Shown here: piece by piece, positions 37,329 through 46,606 of the stretch
Numbering within the stretch: the first letter of the stretch is position 1
Layout of the letters: each line of letters starts with the position of its first letter
IMG/VR virus record: IMGVR_UViG_3300042507_004311
Coordinates: 1,796 to 65,795 of that record
Reading direction: 5' to 3' (one strand)
DNA from: a virus
Lineage: Duplodnaviria > Caudoviricetes
Length of the DNA: 64,000 nt
Notes under the pieces: model-generated
Database searches by the model: none
Told to the model about the DNA's origin: nothing
The model's input: only the letters and a program-made list of their open reading frames with translations
Program-made: the position numbers and the translations under genes

Positions 37329-37369
37329 GAATTTATCAAACATGCTCAACCCTTAAAAGGACATGACAA

Positions 37370-37882
37370 ATGACATTTGACATTAGTAAATATGCTGCAC
37401 AAATTGCACAAGCAACACAAGCACGCGTTTCCCGTGATAACATCGCTCAAGGTGATCACATCCTACAAATCGAAGCCGTTAAAGGTTTAACATCTCAATC
37501 AGATGGATCAGATTACATCATCATTGAGGCGTCTATCGTATCAAGCACAACCATGAAAGCAGGTACACCTGTTAAGCATATGTATAAGCTCACAGGCGTA
37601 CCCGCTTGGAAACAAAAAGGTAACATTGAGGCTCTCAAGTCTTTTGTCTGTGCTGTCTTGCCACCTGAATACAGAGCGCAAGTGACCGCTGAAATCGTGA
37701 TCAATGCTTGTAATGGCGGTTCTGAATCTGTGCTTGTTAATCATCAAGTTCGTTGTCGTGTGATCGAAAAGAAAAGCAGAAACGATAAGGCGTTTCTTGA
37801 AACTAATTGGATGTCACTTGACACAAGCGCAGCAGTTCAAGCCCAAAGTGATGAAGATGATGATGGTAACTTGCCATTCTAA
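37370..37882 (+). CDS. Probable single-stranded DNA-binding protein
   Basis: Between helicase and polymerase; acidic tail 'DEDDDGNLPF'. Confidence 0.65.
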   Translation: MTFDISKYAAQIAQATQARVSRDNIAQGDHILQIEAVKGLTSQSDGSDYIIIEASIVSSTTMKAGTPVKHMYKLTGVPAWKQKGNIEALKSFVCAVLPPEYRAQVTAEIVINACNGGSESVLVNHQVRCRVIEKKSRNDKAFLETNWMSLDTSAAVQAQSDEDDDGNLPF

Positions 37883-37911
37883 AAAAAAGTGCAAACCTAT
37901 GAAATAAATGC

Positions 37912-37939
37912 TTGACAAACTTGTTACATAGGATATATT
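37912..37939 (+). promoter_or_regulatory. Sigma70-type promoter of candidate sRNA
   Basis: TTGACA-16-TATATT, with no ORF before the next terminator. Confidence 0.7.
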
Positions 37940-37945
37940 CAAATT

Positions 37946-38017
37946 ATCTCCTTTCGAGGGGGTTAAGGTGAAAAGAAAGCCCGTGCGTCCATTTCTTGGC
38001 CGTGCGGGTTTTTTTTT
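37946..38017 (+). ncRNA. Candidate small regulatory RNA (~70 nt), antisense to conserved phage leaders
   Basis: Promoter, then CUCCU-UUCG-AGGGG hairpin, then GGUUAAGGUG, then terminator. Reverse complement reads CACCTTAACC-6-AAAGGA, matching several 5' UTRs. Confidence 0.6.
37976..38017 (+). terminator. Intrinsic terminator
   Basis: gcccgtgcg.cca-tttct-tgg.cgtgcgggt stem followed by a T9 run. Confidence 0.9.
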
Positions 38018-38040
38018 ATTTATTTACTTTTTAAAATTTG

Positions 38041-38082
38041 TTGACAAAGCTAAAAACATTTCATAGAATAAAGCACCTTAAC
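38041..38082 (+). promoter_or_regulatory. Sigma70-type promoter of DNA polymerase with ACCTTAAC leader
   Basis: TTGACA-17-TAGAAT-5-ACCTTAAC. Confidence 0.85.
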
Positions 38083-38098
38083 ACACCAAAGGAAAACT

Positions 38099-39985
38099 AT
38101 GAAATTCATCGCCATCGACACAGAAACCCACTTAATCGTGGATAACAATGTTCCCGCCCCTGTATGCTTGACCGCCTTTTTACTTGATGATCAAGGGCAA
38201 TCAGAATCCTTTATAGCAAGATTTGATCAAACCTTGTACGCTTGGTTAAAACATGTCTTTGCAGATACCAATAAAACAATCATCATGCACAATGCAGCAT
38301 TTGATTTATCGGTAATTTGTGCAACGTACCCAAGCCTATATCCCCAAGTTTTCAAAGCGCTTAAAGATGGGCGTGTTCATGATACTGGTATCATTGAGAA
38401 ACTCCACAAAATCGCACATGGGGGCGAGGGCGTGGGCGTTATGGATGTCAACGGGACTAAAGTCGCTAAACTAAGCCTAGCGGGACTAGTTTACAAGTAC
38501 TTCATGATTGATATTGCTTCATCTAAACAGGCGGATTCTGTAAGGTATCAATACGATTCTTTTCGTAATCAATCGCTTGATATTTGGTCACAAGAAGCAA
38601 AGATTTACGCCGTCTATGATGCAATGTACACTATGCTTGTTTATCAAGTACAAATGCAACAAATCCCCCAAGATGAAATTGTTGGGCATGCTAAACAAGT
38701 ATCCTATGATTTTGCTTTACGATTGACGGGATCGCATGGGATATGTGTTGACCCCTCTAAAGTTTCATCTGTAAAAAAGAGCTTAGAGGATGCGATCAAA
38801 GAACAAGAGCAGCCTTTACTTGAACTTGGTATCTTAAAGGTTGAGAAGAACGAGATCAAAGAAAATAAGACGATTATTAAAGCACGGGTTCAACAAGCCT
38901 ATGAGAGCATGAAAAAAGAGATTAAAAAGACCGATTCCGGTGCTATTAGTATGGATAAATCTGCACTAGAGGAAAGCGAAGACCCAGAACTCTTATCGCT
39001 CTTAGAATATCGAGAAGTGACCAAGCTACTCAGTACATACATTGATAGTGTTGAGATGGTCAATTTGCCTTTGATGGATGGGCGTTTAAGATGCGATTAT
39101 GAAGTACTTCAAGCAACAGGGCGAACAAGCTCCCGTGATCCCAACCTTCAAAATTTGCCCCGTCGTGAAGGCATCCGAGATTGTTTTGTACCTAGTAAAG
39201 GTTTTGTATTTGTTGCATGTGATTATGACGCAGCCGAACTTAGAACACTTGCTCAATGTCACTACTCAATGACAGGCAACGAAAGCCCTTTATTAAGCAT
39301 GTACAAGCATGATTCGGGGTTTGATCCGCATACATGGTTTGCATGTAAAATGCTAAATATTAGCTATGAGGAAGGTATGACTAGGAAATCACAAGGCGAC
39401 AAAGAAATCAAGAAACAACGACAAAGGGCAAAGGCTTGTAATTTTGGCTTTCCCGGCGGTATGGGGGCAAGTTCATTTATGGCGTATGCTAAGGGTTACG
39501 GCGTTACTTTGACTAAAGACGAAGCACAAGACCTAAAGAACCAATGGTTTGACGCTTGGCAATTATGGGATTGGTTGGATCATGCCCAAGACGCCCAAGA
39601 AGAAGGATTTGTTATTATCCCCCAATCACACAGAAAGCGGGGGCGTGTGTCCTTTACTCAAGCCTGTAATACGCCGTTTCAAGGCTTGGCAAGCGATGGG
39701 GCAAAAGAGGCATTATTTAACGTTGCGCTTGAGTGTTTCGCTGATTCTGATAGTCCCTTGTACAATTCCCGCCCTGTTGTCTTTATTCATGATGAAATCA
39801 TCATTGAATCACCTGAAAACAATGCACAAGCAGCCGCAAGACGCTTACAACAAATCATGATTGCTTCTATGCGTTCTTTTTGCCCAGATACACCCATAGA
39901 GGCGTCGCCCACGCTTATGCGTTCATGGTCAAAAAATGCTGAAAGTAAATTAGATGTCAATGGTAATTTTACGATTTGGGAATAA
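38099..39985 (+). CDS. polA: Family A DNA polymerase with 3'-5' exonuclease
   Basis: 'IAIDTET', 'HNAAFD', 'TGRTSSRDPNLQN', 'CDYDAAELR', 'RQRAKACNFG', 'NTPFQG', 'FIHDE'. Confidence 0.95.
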   Translation: MKFIAIDTETHLIVDNNVPAPVCLTAFLLDDQGQSESFIARFDQTLYAWLKHVFADTNKTIIMHNAAFDLSVICATYPSLYPQVFKALKDGRVHDTGIIEKLHKIAHGGEGVGVMDVNGTKVAKLSLAGLVYKYFMIDIASSKQADSVRYQYDSFRNQSLDIWSQEAKIYAVYDAMYTMLVYQVQMQQIPQDEIVGHAKQVSYDFALRLTGSHGICVDPSKVSSVKKSLEDAIKEQEQPLLELGILKVEKNEIKENKTIIKARVQQAYESMKKEIKKTDSGAISMDKSALEESEDPELLSLLEYREVTKLLSTYIDSVEMVNLPLMDGRLRCDYEVLQATGRTSSRDPNLQNLPRREGIRDCFVPSKGFVFVACDYDAAELRTLAQCHYSMTGNESPLLSMYKHDSGFDPHTWFACKMLNISYEEGMTRKSQGDKEIKKQRQRAKACNFGFPGGMGASSFMAYAKGYGVTLTKDEAQDLKNQWFDAWQLWDWLDHAQDAQEEGFVIIPQSHRKRGRVSFTQACNTPFQGLASDGAKEALFNVALECFADSDSPLYNSRPVVFIHDEIIIESPENNAQAAARRLQQIMIASMRSFCPDTPIEASPTLMRSWSKNAESKLDVNGNFTIWE

Positions 39986-40264
39986 TTAGATTGTTTTCTT
40001 TGCTTGTAGGTTTACTAATCTCTCTTCAATCCTACCAAGTAAAACTTTAATATCTGAGATTTCTGAGACAAGTTTATCTTGCTTTGTATCCATAGATTTA
40101 AGCTCTTGTTCAATAGAAACATGTTTATCTGATAAACTCTTGATCTCTTGCTCTAGTCTTACTAATCGTTGTTCTTTGTCACTTAGTGATTTGTAGATAG
40201 GATACACAGAGGAAATCAAAGTAGATAAGCCCGCAATTGAAATTGTAATTGTTTGATTATCCAT
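39986..40264 (-). CDS. Putative holin-like membrane protein
   Basis: N-terminal TM helix plus coiled coil, adjacent to endolysin. Confidence 0.5.
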   Translation of the reverse strand: MDNQTITISIAGLSTLISSVYPIYKSLSDKEQRLVRLEQEIKSLSDKHVSIEQELKSMDTKQDKLVSEISDIKVLLGRIEERLVNLQAKKTI

Positions 40265-40268
40265 CTTG

Positions 40269-40751
40269 TCACCCCTTCCATTGTGTCAATGTTCCACGAA
40301 CATCATAATGTACAAAAGTTTCATAGATACCTACCCCGCCTTTTTTCATCTTGCCTTGATCAATCAAGCGTAGAATAGTTTGTTGTACCTGTAAAGGTGA
40401 TAAACCATCTACACGGATATCCGAGGCCTTTGCTTGTAGGTGCTGACTATTCTTTGACCCCTTGCATTGTGCATTTAATTGAGCATCCCTATAACCACCG
40501 CCGGGGATGATCTTGATAGGGCGTTTTAATTCGTTTCTCAAAACTTGTAGGTTCTCAAGCACTTCTTGGGCGTTGTCCATTAGCTCGCTTGGGATAACAC
40601 AATTTGCATACTCCATCTCTTTGATAGAGAAGTTTTCTGTTCCATAGGTTTTATTTTCCAAAGGCACAGAATCCCCCTGCAATTGCTCCAATTGTACTAA
40701 ATCCGAGATTGAAGTATTCTGAGATTTTGATGTTCTTGTTCTCACAGCCAT
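40269..40751 (-). CDS. Endolysin, peptidase M15A family
   Basis: 'GGYRDAQLN', 'SQHLQAKASD', 'GVGIYETFVHYDVRG'. True start may be downstream (TTG near 40661). Confidence 0.88.
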   Translation of the reverse strand: MAVRTRTSKSQNTSISDLVQLEQLQGDSVPLENKTYGTENFSIKEMEYANCVIPSELMDNAQEVLENLQVLRNELKRPIKIIPGGGYRDAQLNAQCKGSKNSQHLQAKASDIRVDGLSPLQVQQTILRLIDQGKMKKGGVGIYETFVHYDVRGTLTQWKG

Positions 40752-40929
40752 TTAAAGCCTCTTTCAGTTCGTCATTTTGTTGTTTTAGTTGTCTATTCTC
40801 TTCTTTTTGTCTTGCAATCTCAAGTTTCAAGTTTCTAAGCTCTTGAGCAAATAAATTCACTAAGGCATCCTCGTCGCTTGCTTGTATGGGTGACAAAAGA
40901 ATCAATGTAAAAAGTACTAGGTTTTTCAT
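40651..40929 (-). CDS. Secreted coiled-coil protein with C-terminal TM segment (spanin-like candidate)
   Basis: Signal peptide MKNLVLFTLILLSPIQA, coiled coil, C-terminal 'LGFSTIGAIAGGFCAF'; in the lysis cassette. Confidence 0.5.
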   Translation of the reverse strand: MKNLVLFTLILLSPIQASDEDALVNLFAQELRNLKLEIARQKEENRQLKQQNDELKEALNGCENKNIKISEYFNLGFSTIGAIAGGFCAFGK

Positions 40930-40930
40930 G

Positions 40931-41842
40931 TTAAATCTTTACAAACTCATTTTGAGAGATCGGAACTTCTACCCATCTAATTCCCGACCATACCCATTTA
41001 AAACTAGTTCTCATTCCTTGATCTGAGCTGAGGCCTGTTGTTGAATACCCTCGTACACTACTGACAAGCGTTTGACCTGACGGTGGGCTTGTGATTGTGA
41101 TTGCCCCCGTGCTTGGATTCAATTGCATAAGACCAAACCAATCCCCCGCTTGTGTTGGTGTCGGTGCATTATATGTAGCGGATGTAGTAGTTGACGTAGT
41201 ATTAACCCAAAATTTGTTAAGTGTGATGCTTGATGCTTTTTCAGAAGCATCTAAAGTTCTAACTGTCGGGTTTTGGTAGGTTGTAGCATCAATCGCATAG
41301 ATTGTAATGTTTGATCGATGATTAGCGGTGGGGGCTGAGGATGTTTGCTTATTATCAAAATAAACATTTCCCATACTTGCCCAACCTGCCCCCCTTGCGA
41401 TTAATTTTACAGTTTGGCTACTTGCTGAACAATCTAAGAACCTAAGCCCACGATATGATCCATTTGACGCCCCAGCCCCCTCATTACCATTTATATAATG
41501 ACTTTGAAAGCGGGGTAATACATCTGAACCGTTGATGTTCCATGTTAAATATGGAGATCCATTATATGTAGTTCCTGATGAATAATAGAGGTATGGATCA
41601 AGTACAAAGTACCAACCTTGAGGGAAAGTAATGCCGTTTGTGTTTACTATGATACCTTCAATATATTTCCCAATATAATGAGCTTGAGTAGTAAAAAATT
41701 GATGTAATTCTACACCGTCTAAAATGCGGGGGTTATATGTGGGGTCTTGTGTGCCGGGGGTAGATTGAAAAGTGGTTTCAAGTGCAAAAATTGATTGCCC
41801 CGTTGAAAGATTGGGGATATACGACATAATTAAACCTCCCAA
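40931..41842 (-). CDS. Tail-fibre-associated protein
   Basis: Ser/Thr/Gly-rich beta protein downstream of the fibre; probable start MSYIPN (41827). Confidence 0.6.
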   Translation of the reverse strand: MGGLIMSYIPNLSTGQSIFALETTFQSTPGTQDPTYNPRILDGVELHQFFTTQAHYIGKYIEGIIVNTNGITFPQGWYFVLDPYLYYSSGTTYNGSPYLTWNINGSDVLPRFQSHYINGNEGAGASNGSYRGLRFLDCSASSQTVKLIARGAGWASMGNVYFDNKQTSSAPTANHRSNITIYAIDATTYQNPTVRTLDASEKASSITLNKFWVNTTSTTTSATYNAPTPTQAGDWFGLMQLNPSTGAITITSPPSGQTLVSSVRGYSTTGLSSDQGMRTSFKWVWSGIRWVEVPISQNEFVKI

Positions 41843-42222
41843 TCTGTTCTTGCGGTTTCGCTATTACTAGTTTGATTTGAAAAATTATCATGGCCAATAT
41901 ATCTACTAGATGCGATGCCTTGTGAGATGGGTGGATAGTATTTTTCTGAAGCGGTCGCATTAGTGAACCACATACATCTATGAGTCAAATGAGTATTTGA
42001 TCCTAAAGTATTTTCAAAATTATTAGATACCGCTGAAGCTGAGAAAGAGGCGTCTAAATCCATTCTAAGAAATGTCACCCCAAACGTGTTTGTATGTCTT
42101 CTAGTATTATGAAACGTACTCATATTAGGGAAAACTTGAGTGTACACGTTTGAATAGAAATGATGCACGAATTTGTGATTTCGTGAGGTTTGTCCATCAT
42201 AGCTCATAGCGGAAACCTCCAA
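41830..42222 (-). CDS. Small tail-fibre-associated protein
   Basis: ORF coupled to neighbours; probable start MSYDG (42207) after GGAGG. Confidence 0.55.
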   Translation of the reverse strand: MEVSAMSYDGQTSRNHKFVHHFYSNVYTQVFPNMSTFHNTRRHTNTFGVTFLRMDLDASFSASAVSNNFENTLGSNTHLTHRCMWFTNATASEKYYPPISQGIASSRYIGHDNFSNQTSNSETARTDWEV

Positions 42223-42680
42223 ATAATGAGAGAAGAAGATTGACTTTCATACGCCGTTGCGATTTGAGAGATGGTACTATCACATGGGGAATCAAATGTA
42301 ATTGTGGCCTCTAAAAGTTGCGTGGTTGCAAACGTACTATTAGCTTTATTTGCCAATGCCTTAGATCGTACTATTGCGGAAGTTGTAGATAAGACCGCCT
42401 GCAAGTTTTTAGTATTAAATGAAACAACCGAATCATTTAACGCCCAATTCCATTGAATGAAATAGCGGAAACCACCTTGAAGGGTAACTGTATCATTACT
42501 AGTATTGATTGTAGGGGTAAAAGTACCACCTTGAAGAGTCCATGTGTTGCTTGCACCTATTCCCGTTCGATTAAGAATACAAACACCAACATGTCCCGTA
42601 TATTGTTTAATGAGAAAACTCATGGTTGCTCCTACTAGATAATAACCCAATTTGTACCAGTGGACTGAATGGTCAAACAA
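42204..42680 (-). CDS. Small tail-fibre-associated protein
   Basis: Probable start MSFLIK (42623) after AGGAG. Confidence 0.55.
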   Translation of the reverse strand: MFDHSVHWYKLGYYLVGATMSFLIKQYTGHVGVCILNRTGIGASNTWTLQGGTFTPTINTSNDTVTLQGGFRYFIQWNWALNDSVVSFNTKNLQAVLSTTSAIVRSKALANKANSTFATTQLLEATITFDSPCDSTISQIATAYESQSSSLIIWRFPL

Positions 42681-45600
42681 GCATATTGTTGAATGATATC
42701 TGTACCCGCTGTTAAGCCATCAATAGTAACGCCTGTACTTGGATTCACAGTAACAAGAAATGAAGTTATTTTTTTAAAATTCAACTTCATGCCTTTGTTG
42801 CCCGCACTTGGTACGATATTCGTTAGTGTCACCGTTGCGTTTGCTGTTGGGCTTAAAAGATATGTAACTTCTAAAGTACCAGATGCGGGGGCGCTTGGAA
42901 CATAGGCATTACTTGTAGTACTAATGACATCGGGCAAAGTACCTGCACCACCTCCCCCGCTAATTGTGCCGGGTTTCCATTGGGAACTTGCACTTTCCCA
43001 AACAAGCGCTTGGCCATTGGTTGGGGCTACTGTAGCGGTGTCCACATCCGACAAAGCATTAACAGAGAACCCACTAAGCGAAACAGTTGAATTAATCACA
43101 TTTGAATTGTCGACATATGAATAACTTATTCCGGTATGTGTTCCACCTGTAAACAACGAAGCACTAGCATCTTGCGCAAGTTCGTCGGTATATTGAGTTA
43201 AAGTAGTACTAATGACCCCCGTAGCTTGAGTATAGACGATTGGGGAAGTTGCACTTAATAAAGCACGTACATTTGTTGCGCTTGCATACTTGTTTGTAGT
43301 GCCTTCTGAAAGGTCATCAGTAGTTCTTAAAGCACGATCATTTGAAACAGTCACATCCCATTGAGCGTAGACAGTACCGCTAATAGTTCTTCTAGTACAT
43401 ATTAGCTTATATTCCCCCGCCTTTGTGAGTACTACAGACTTAACGCCGTTTACTGTTCCACTATCTGCATAAACAATAAATTCACCACCTGAAACGCCCG
43501 TAGCATTTAAAGTAACTTGCCCCGTTCCACGAATACGAAGATACGTAATAGCACCGGTTCCTTGTGTAACGAGTCGGGCGGGGACATTGATTGAGATGTT
43601 ACTTGAACCATCATATAAATAATAAACACCCGCTTGCATGGTTGCACCATTGCCAATATTTGACACGGCTACCCCTCCACTAGCTAATCCGCTTTCAGTG
43701 TTATCAATAACAATGAAATCAGTAGCTTGAACAACACCCCCAGATACATCAGAAACAAACACAATTTGATCATTTGTAGTAAGAGAAACGCCCGCTAATG
43801 TACCACTTACGGAAACTTGATAGAAAAAGCCCTTTTTCGCACTTGTAAGGCTTGGAGCGTTTGTGGTTGCGTTATATGTACCTTGATAAACTAGTATACC
43901 GCTTGCCCCTATATTTGCTTGAATACTAGCAATCGCACTATCTACATACTTTGAATTAACGGAATTTGTAGAATTGTCATTAGCACTTAGATCGGGGACT
44001 ATTGGGGAAGATGAAAAAGTCTTAACCCCTGCAATAGTTTGATCAGTTGTCATACGAACAAAATCACTTGAATCAAGGCCATCAAGTAAATCGGCATCTA
44101 GTCCACTACCTGCACCATCAACAGTTTTGATCTTGGTAAGTACATCGCTTGCGGTGTAGCTTGTACTATCAAGTTTCCCCGCTAAACCATTGTCAACATA
44201 TGTAGTTGTGGCAAAGGTCAAAGCACTAGTTTCTAGTGTATCTACACGGGAATCAAGCGCATCTGTTAAACCTGTAACATATAGCTTGACTGTTGGGGCG
44301 TTTGGCGCTTTGCTTAGATCATCAATATCGTTTGTTACTGAAGCACTTAAAGCCCTTGAATCAGTGAAATAAAGTTTACTTGCTTCACCTTGCGCCCCTT
44401 GCCCTTCTGAAATATCCCCTGTATACAAAGTCACCGCCCCAATTTGACCGTTTACACTAGATACGGGGGATGTTGAATTATAAAGAGCAATCCAACCGGG
44501 GGCGTCTGAATCATAGATATAATTGCCATTATTGGCGGGGGTTGGATCATTGACCACGATAGCAACATCACCCGTATTAATCCCTGTTAATGCGTCACGT
44601 TCTGCAATGGTTTGCACTACATAAGGCTTTGTAAGTGCAAGCGGTGGAATGTGGTGATTGGGAATCAAACCATTAGCATCCAATTCCGCAACGCCATTAG
44701 CAACGCCTTTATCTGAGGTTCTAAGTAAATCAGCGGAATCGGTCAATTGTGTGCTAGCTGTGACTAATGTTGGTTTATCCCTTAGTTCGGTGTAGCTACC
44801 TGTAAAAGATGTTTCAACGCCTAAAGCACTAATAAAATTTGATGATGTAGTGAATGTTTTTACTGTATTGTTTGAATACCCTGTACGCCCAACAATCGCA
44901 ATACCACTTGTTAAATTGGTTTGTAATGCGTTTAATCCAGAACACTCTGAAACAATAATTAAAAAGGGTGAGGCAACATTTGAGGGGATTATTCTTAGAT
45001 TGTTTAGATTGCATCGATTAAAGTAAATTGTGCAATTGGTGATATTAGAAATCAGTACATTTTGACTTGCAAATTCACAATCGGTGAATGTCATAAATGT
45101 AGAACTTGTATCTGTCACCCCGTCAATTGTAAGACCTCCCAAAAATTGCACACTTTGGAAAATATGCCGTCCCTTTGTGCCTGTGATGCTAGTAGCCCCC
45201 TCAATCTGTAGATTAGTAATGCGAACGCGTTCACTAGTTCCACCAATAGAGAGGCCACGCCCGCCCGCTAGTTCACAAATTGTGTTGCCAGCATTAGGGC
45301 AAATAATCCCTAGATTTACTTTGTTTGTAATGTCTAAGGTTGCCCCGCCAAAAGACCCAGCGGACGCATAAATAACATTGCCTTGATCTGCTCCGATTTC
45401 TGTTAAAATGGTTTGGAAATCATTGATTCCATCGTTCACATAATAAGAATTACTATGTAAATGATGGGCTTCTACATCGTCCAATCTTAGATCAAGTGCA
45501 TTGTCTGCATTGGTTCGATTTGTGATTTCACTTTGTAAATCGGCTTCTAGCGCTCTAAGATCAACGCCGGCGGTCAATGCAAGAATGTCCGCTTGTAAAG

Positions 45601-46246
45601 TATCAATATCAGATTCGGCGGTAGTTACTCTTGTTGCCAAGTCTGTTACCGATTGGGATGATGCTTTATTAACGATTTCACCCTCTAAACTTGTTACTCT
45701 TGTATCTAAAGCACTAAGATCGTTATTTGATGCCTTATTAACAATTTCACCCTCTAAAGTTGTTACTCTTGTATCTAATGCACTCAGATCATTATTTGAT
45801 GCTTTATTAACGATTTCACCCTCTAAACTTGTTACTCTTGTATCTAATGCACTCAGATCATTATTTGATGCTTTATTAACGATTTCACCCTCTAAACTTG
45901 TTACTCTTATATCTAATGCACCATCTGCATTTGTTCTAGAAAGTATTTCATCAGAGAGATCACTTTCTAATCCAATGATGGATTGGGAAATAACTGAACT
46001 CGCATCATCAAATCTTGTTTGAGTCCAATATAAATTAGTGCCTTCTGCAATGTTTGAGGTTGTTATCACAACATCCCCATTCACATCAGGGGAAACACCA
46101 TTAACAGAATCAACAGTTCCTTGACCCAACCCGCCGGGAATTTGTGCAAGTGGTACTTTTCCATTTTCATCTAGTGTTGCAACGCCTCCCGCTTGCCCTT
46201 TTTCAGATTCAGGGATGCCACCTTTATTCTTATACAAAGTTGCCAT
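42635..46246 (-). CDS. Tail fibre / receptor-binding protein
   Basis: 1203 aa; fibre motifs 'GVATLDENGKVP', 'VDSVNG', 'DGAGSGLDADLLDG', 'DQTIAGVKTFSS', 'LSDVD...PTNGQALVW'; coiled-coil repeats and a beta-helix-like segment. Confidence 0.88.
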   Translation of the reverse strand: MATLYKNKGGIPESEKGQAGGVATLDENGKVPLAQIPGGLGQGTVDSVNGVSPDVNGDVVITTSNIAEGTNLYWTQTRFDDASSVISQSIIGLESDLSDEILSRTNADGALDIRVTSLEGEIVNKASNNDLSALDTRVTSLEGEIVNKASNNDLSALDTRVTTLEGEIVNKASNNDLSALDTRVTSLEGEIVNKASSQSVTDLATRVTTAESDIDTLQADILALTAGVDLRALEADLQSEITNRTNADNALDLRLDDVEAHHLHSNSYYVNDGINDFQTILTEIGADQGNVIYASAGSFGGATLDITNKVNLGIICPNAGNTICELAGGRGLSIGGTSERVRITNLQIEGATSITGTKGRHIFQSVQFLGGLTIDGVTDTSSTFMTFTDCEFASQNVLISNITNCTIYFNRCNLNNLRIIPSNVASPFLIIVSECSGLNALQTNLTSGIAIVGRTGYSNNTVKTFTTSSNFISALGVETSFTGSYTELRDKPTLVTASTQLTDSADLLRTSDKGVANGVAELDANGLIPNHHIPPLALTKPYVVQTIAERDALTGINTGDVAIVVNDPTPANNGNYIYDSDAPGWIALYNSTSPVSSVNGQIGAVTLYTGDISEGQGAQGEASKLYFTDSRALSASVTNDIDDLSKAPNAPTVKLYVTGLTDALDSRVDTLETSALTFATTTYVDNGLAGKLDSTSYTASDVLTKIKTVDGAGSGLDADLLDGLDSSDFVRMTTDQTIAGVKTFSSSPIVPDLSANDNSTNSVNSKYVDSAIASIQANIGASGILVYQGTYNATTNAPSLTSAKKGFFYQVSVSGTLAGVSLTTNDQIVFVSDVSGGVVQATDFIVIDNTESGLASGGVAVSNIGNGATMQAGVYYLYDGSSNISINVPARLVTQGTGAITYLRIRGTGQVTLNATGVSGGEFIVYADSGTVNGVKSVVLTKAGEYKLICTRRTISGTVYAQWDVTVSNDRALRTTDDLSEGTTNKYASATNVRALLSATSPIVYTQATGVISTTLTQYTDELAQDASASLFTGGTHTGISYSYVDNSNVINSTVSLSGFSVNALSDVDTATVAPTNGQALVWESASSQWKPGTISGGGGAGTLPDVISTTSNAYVPSAPASGTLEVTYLLSPTANATVTLTNIVPSAGNKGMKLNFKKITSFLVTVNPSTGVTIDGLTAGTDIIQQYACLTIQSTGTNWVII
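45659..45921 (-). repeat. 69-bp tandem repeat (~3.8 copies) in the fibre coiled coil
   Basis: Units start at 45661, 45730, 45799 and 45868; each encodes ALDTRVTSLEGEIVNKASNNDLS. Confidence 0.95.
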
Positions 46247-46247
46247 T

Positions 46248-46568
46248 TTATAAACCTCGTTCCCATGTGGTTAGTGTTGCGGTAACATCGCCCATATTAT
46301 CATTGAATACAATTTTCACTTGATCAAACAAAGGCGCGTCTTTACCTGCAATCATGACAGTATCGTCTTGGGTTGCTCCTAAAATATGCGATTTGAACAA
46401 TGATTCACCGCATGGCAAGATATAAACGTCAAAAGTACCAATTCCCAAACCACTACAAGAAACTTGAGCGTTTGAGGGGTAATCTGCAAAACTTGTACTT
46501 GTATTGCTTCGTTTAAAAATGACTTCGGTGGATGAAGTCAGCTTTGTTGTCTTATAAAATGAACTCAT
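46248..46568 (-). CDS. Hypothetical (possibly virion) protein
   Basis: 106-aa ORF, AGGAG RBS, 1 nt from the fibre start. Confidence 0.65.
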   Translation of the reverse strand: MSSFYKTTKLTSSTEVIFKRSNTSTSFADYPSNAQVSCSGLGIGTFDVYILPCGESLFKSHILGATQDDTVMIAGKDAPLFDQVKIVFNDNMGDVTATLTTWERGL

Positions 46569-46606
46569 AATTTTTACTCCTATCTTAGATCATATTAACT
46601 TAGTTA

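Noticed and set aside
37813-37970. Minus-strand reading of the sRNA locus as leader + RBS + TTG mini-ORF (~42 aa, antisense to ssb)
   Set aside because: No -35/-10 upstream on the minus strand, whereas the plus strand has both promoter and oriented terminator. Kept only as an alternative explanation.
45501-46022. 173-aa plus-strand ORF with repeats; also considered as a CRISPR-like array
   Set aside because: Antisense shadow of the fibre's 69-bp coding repeat; units are contiguous with no unique spacers.
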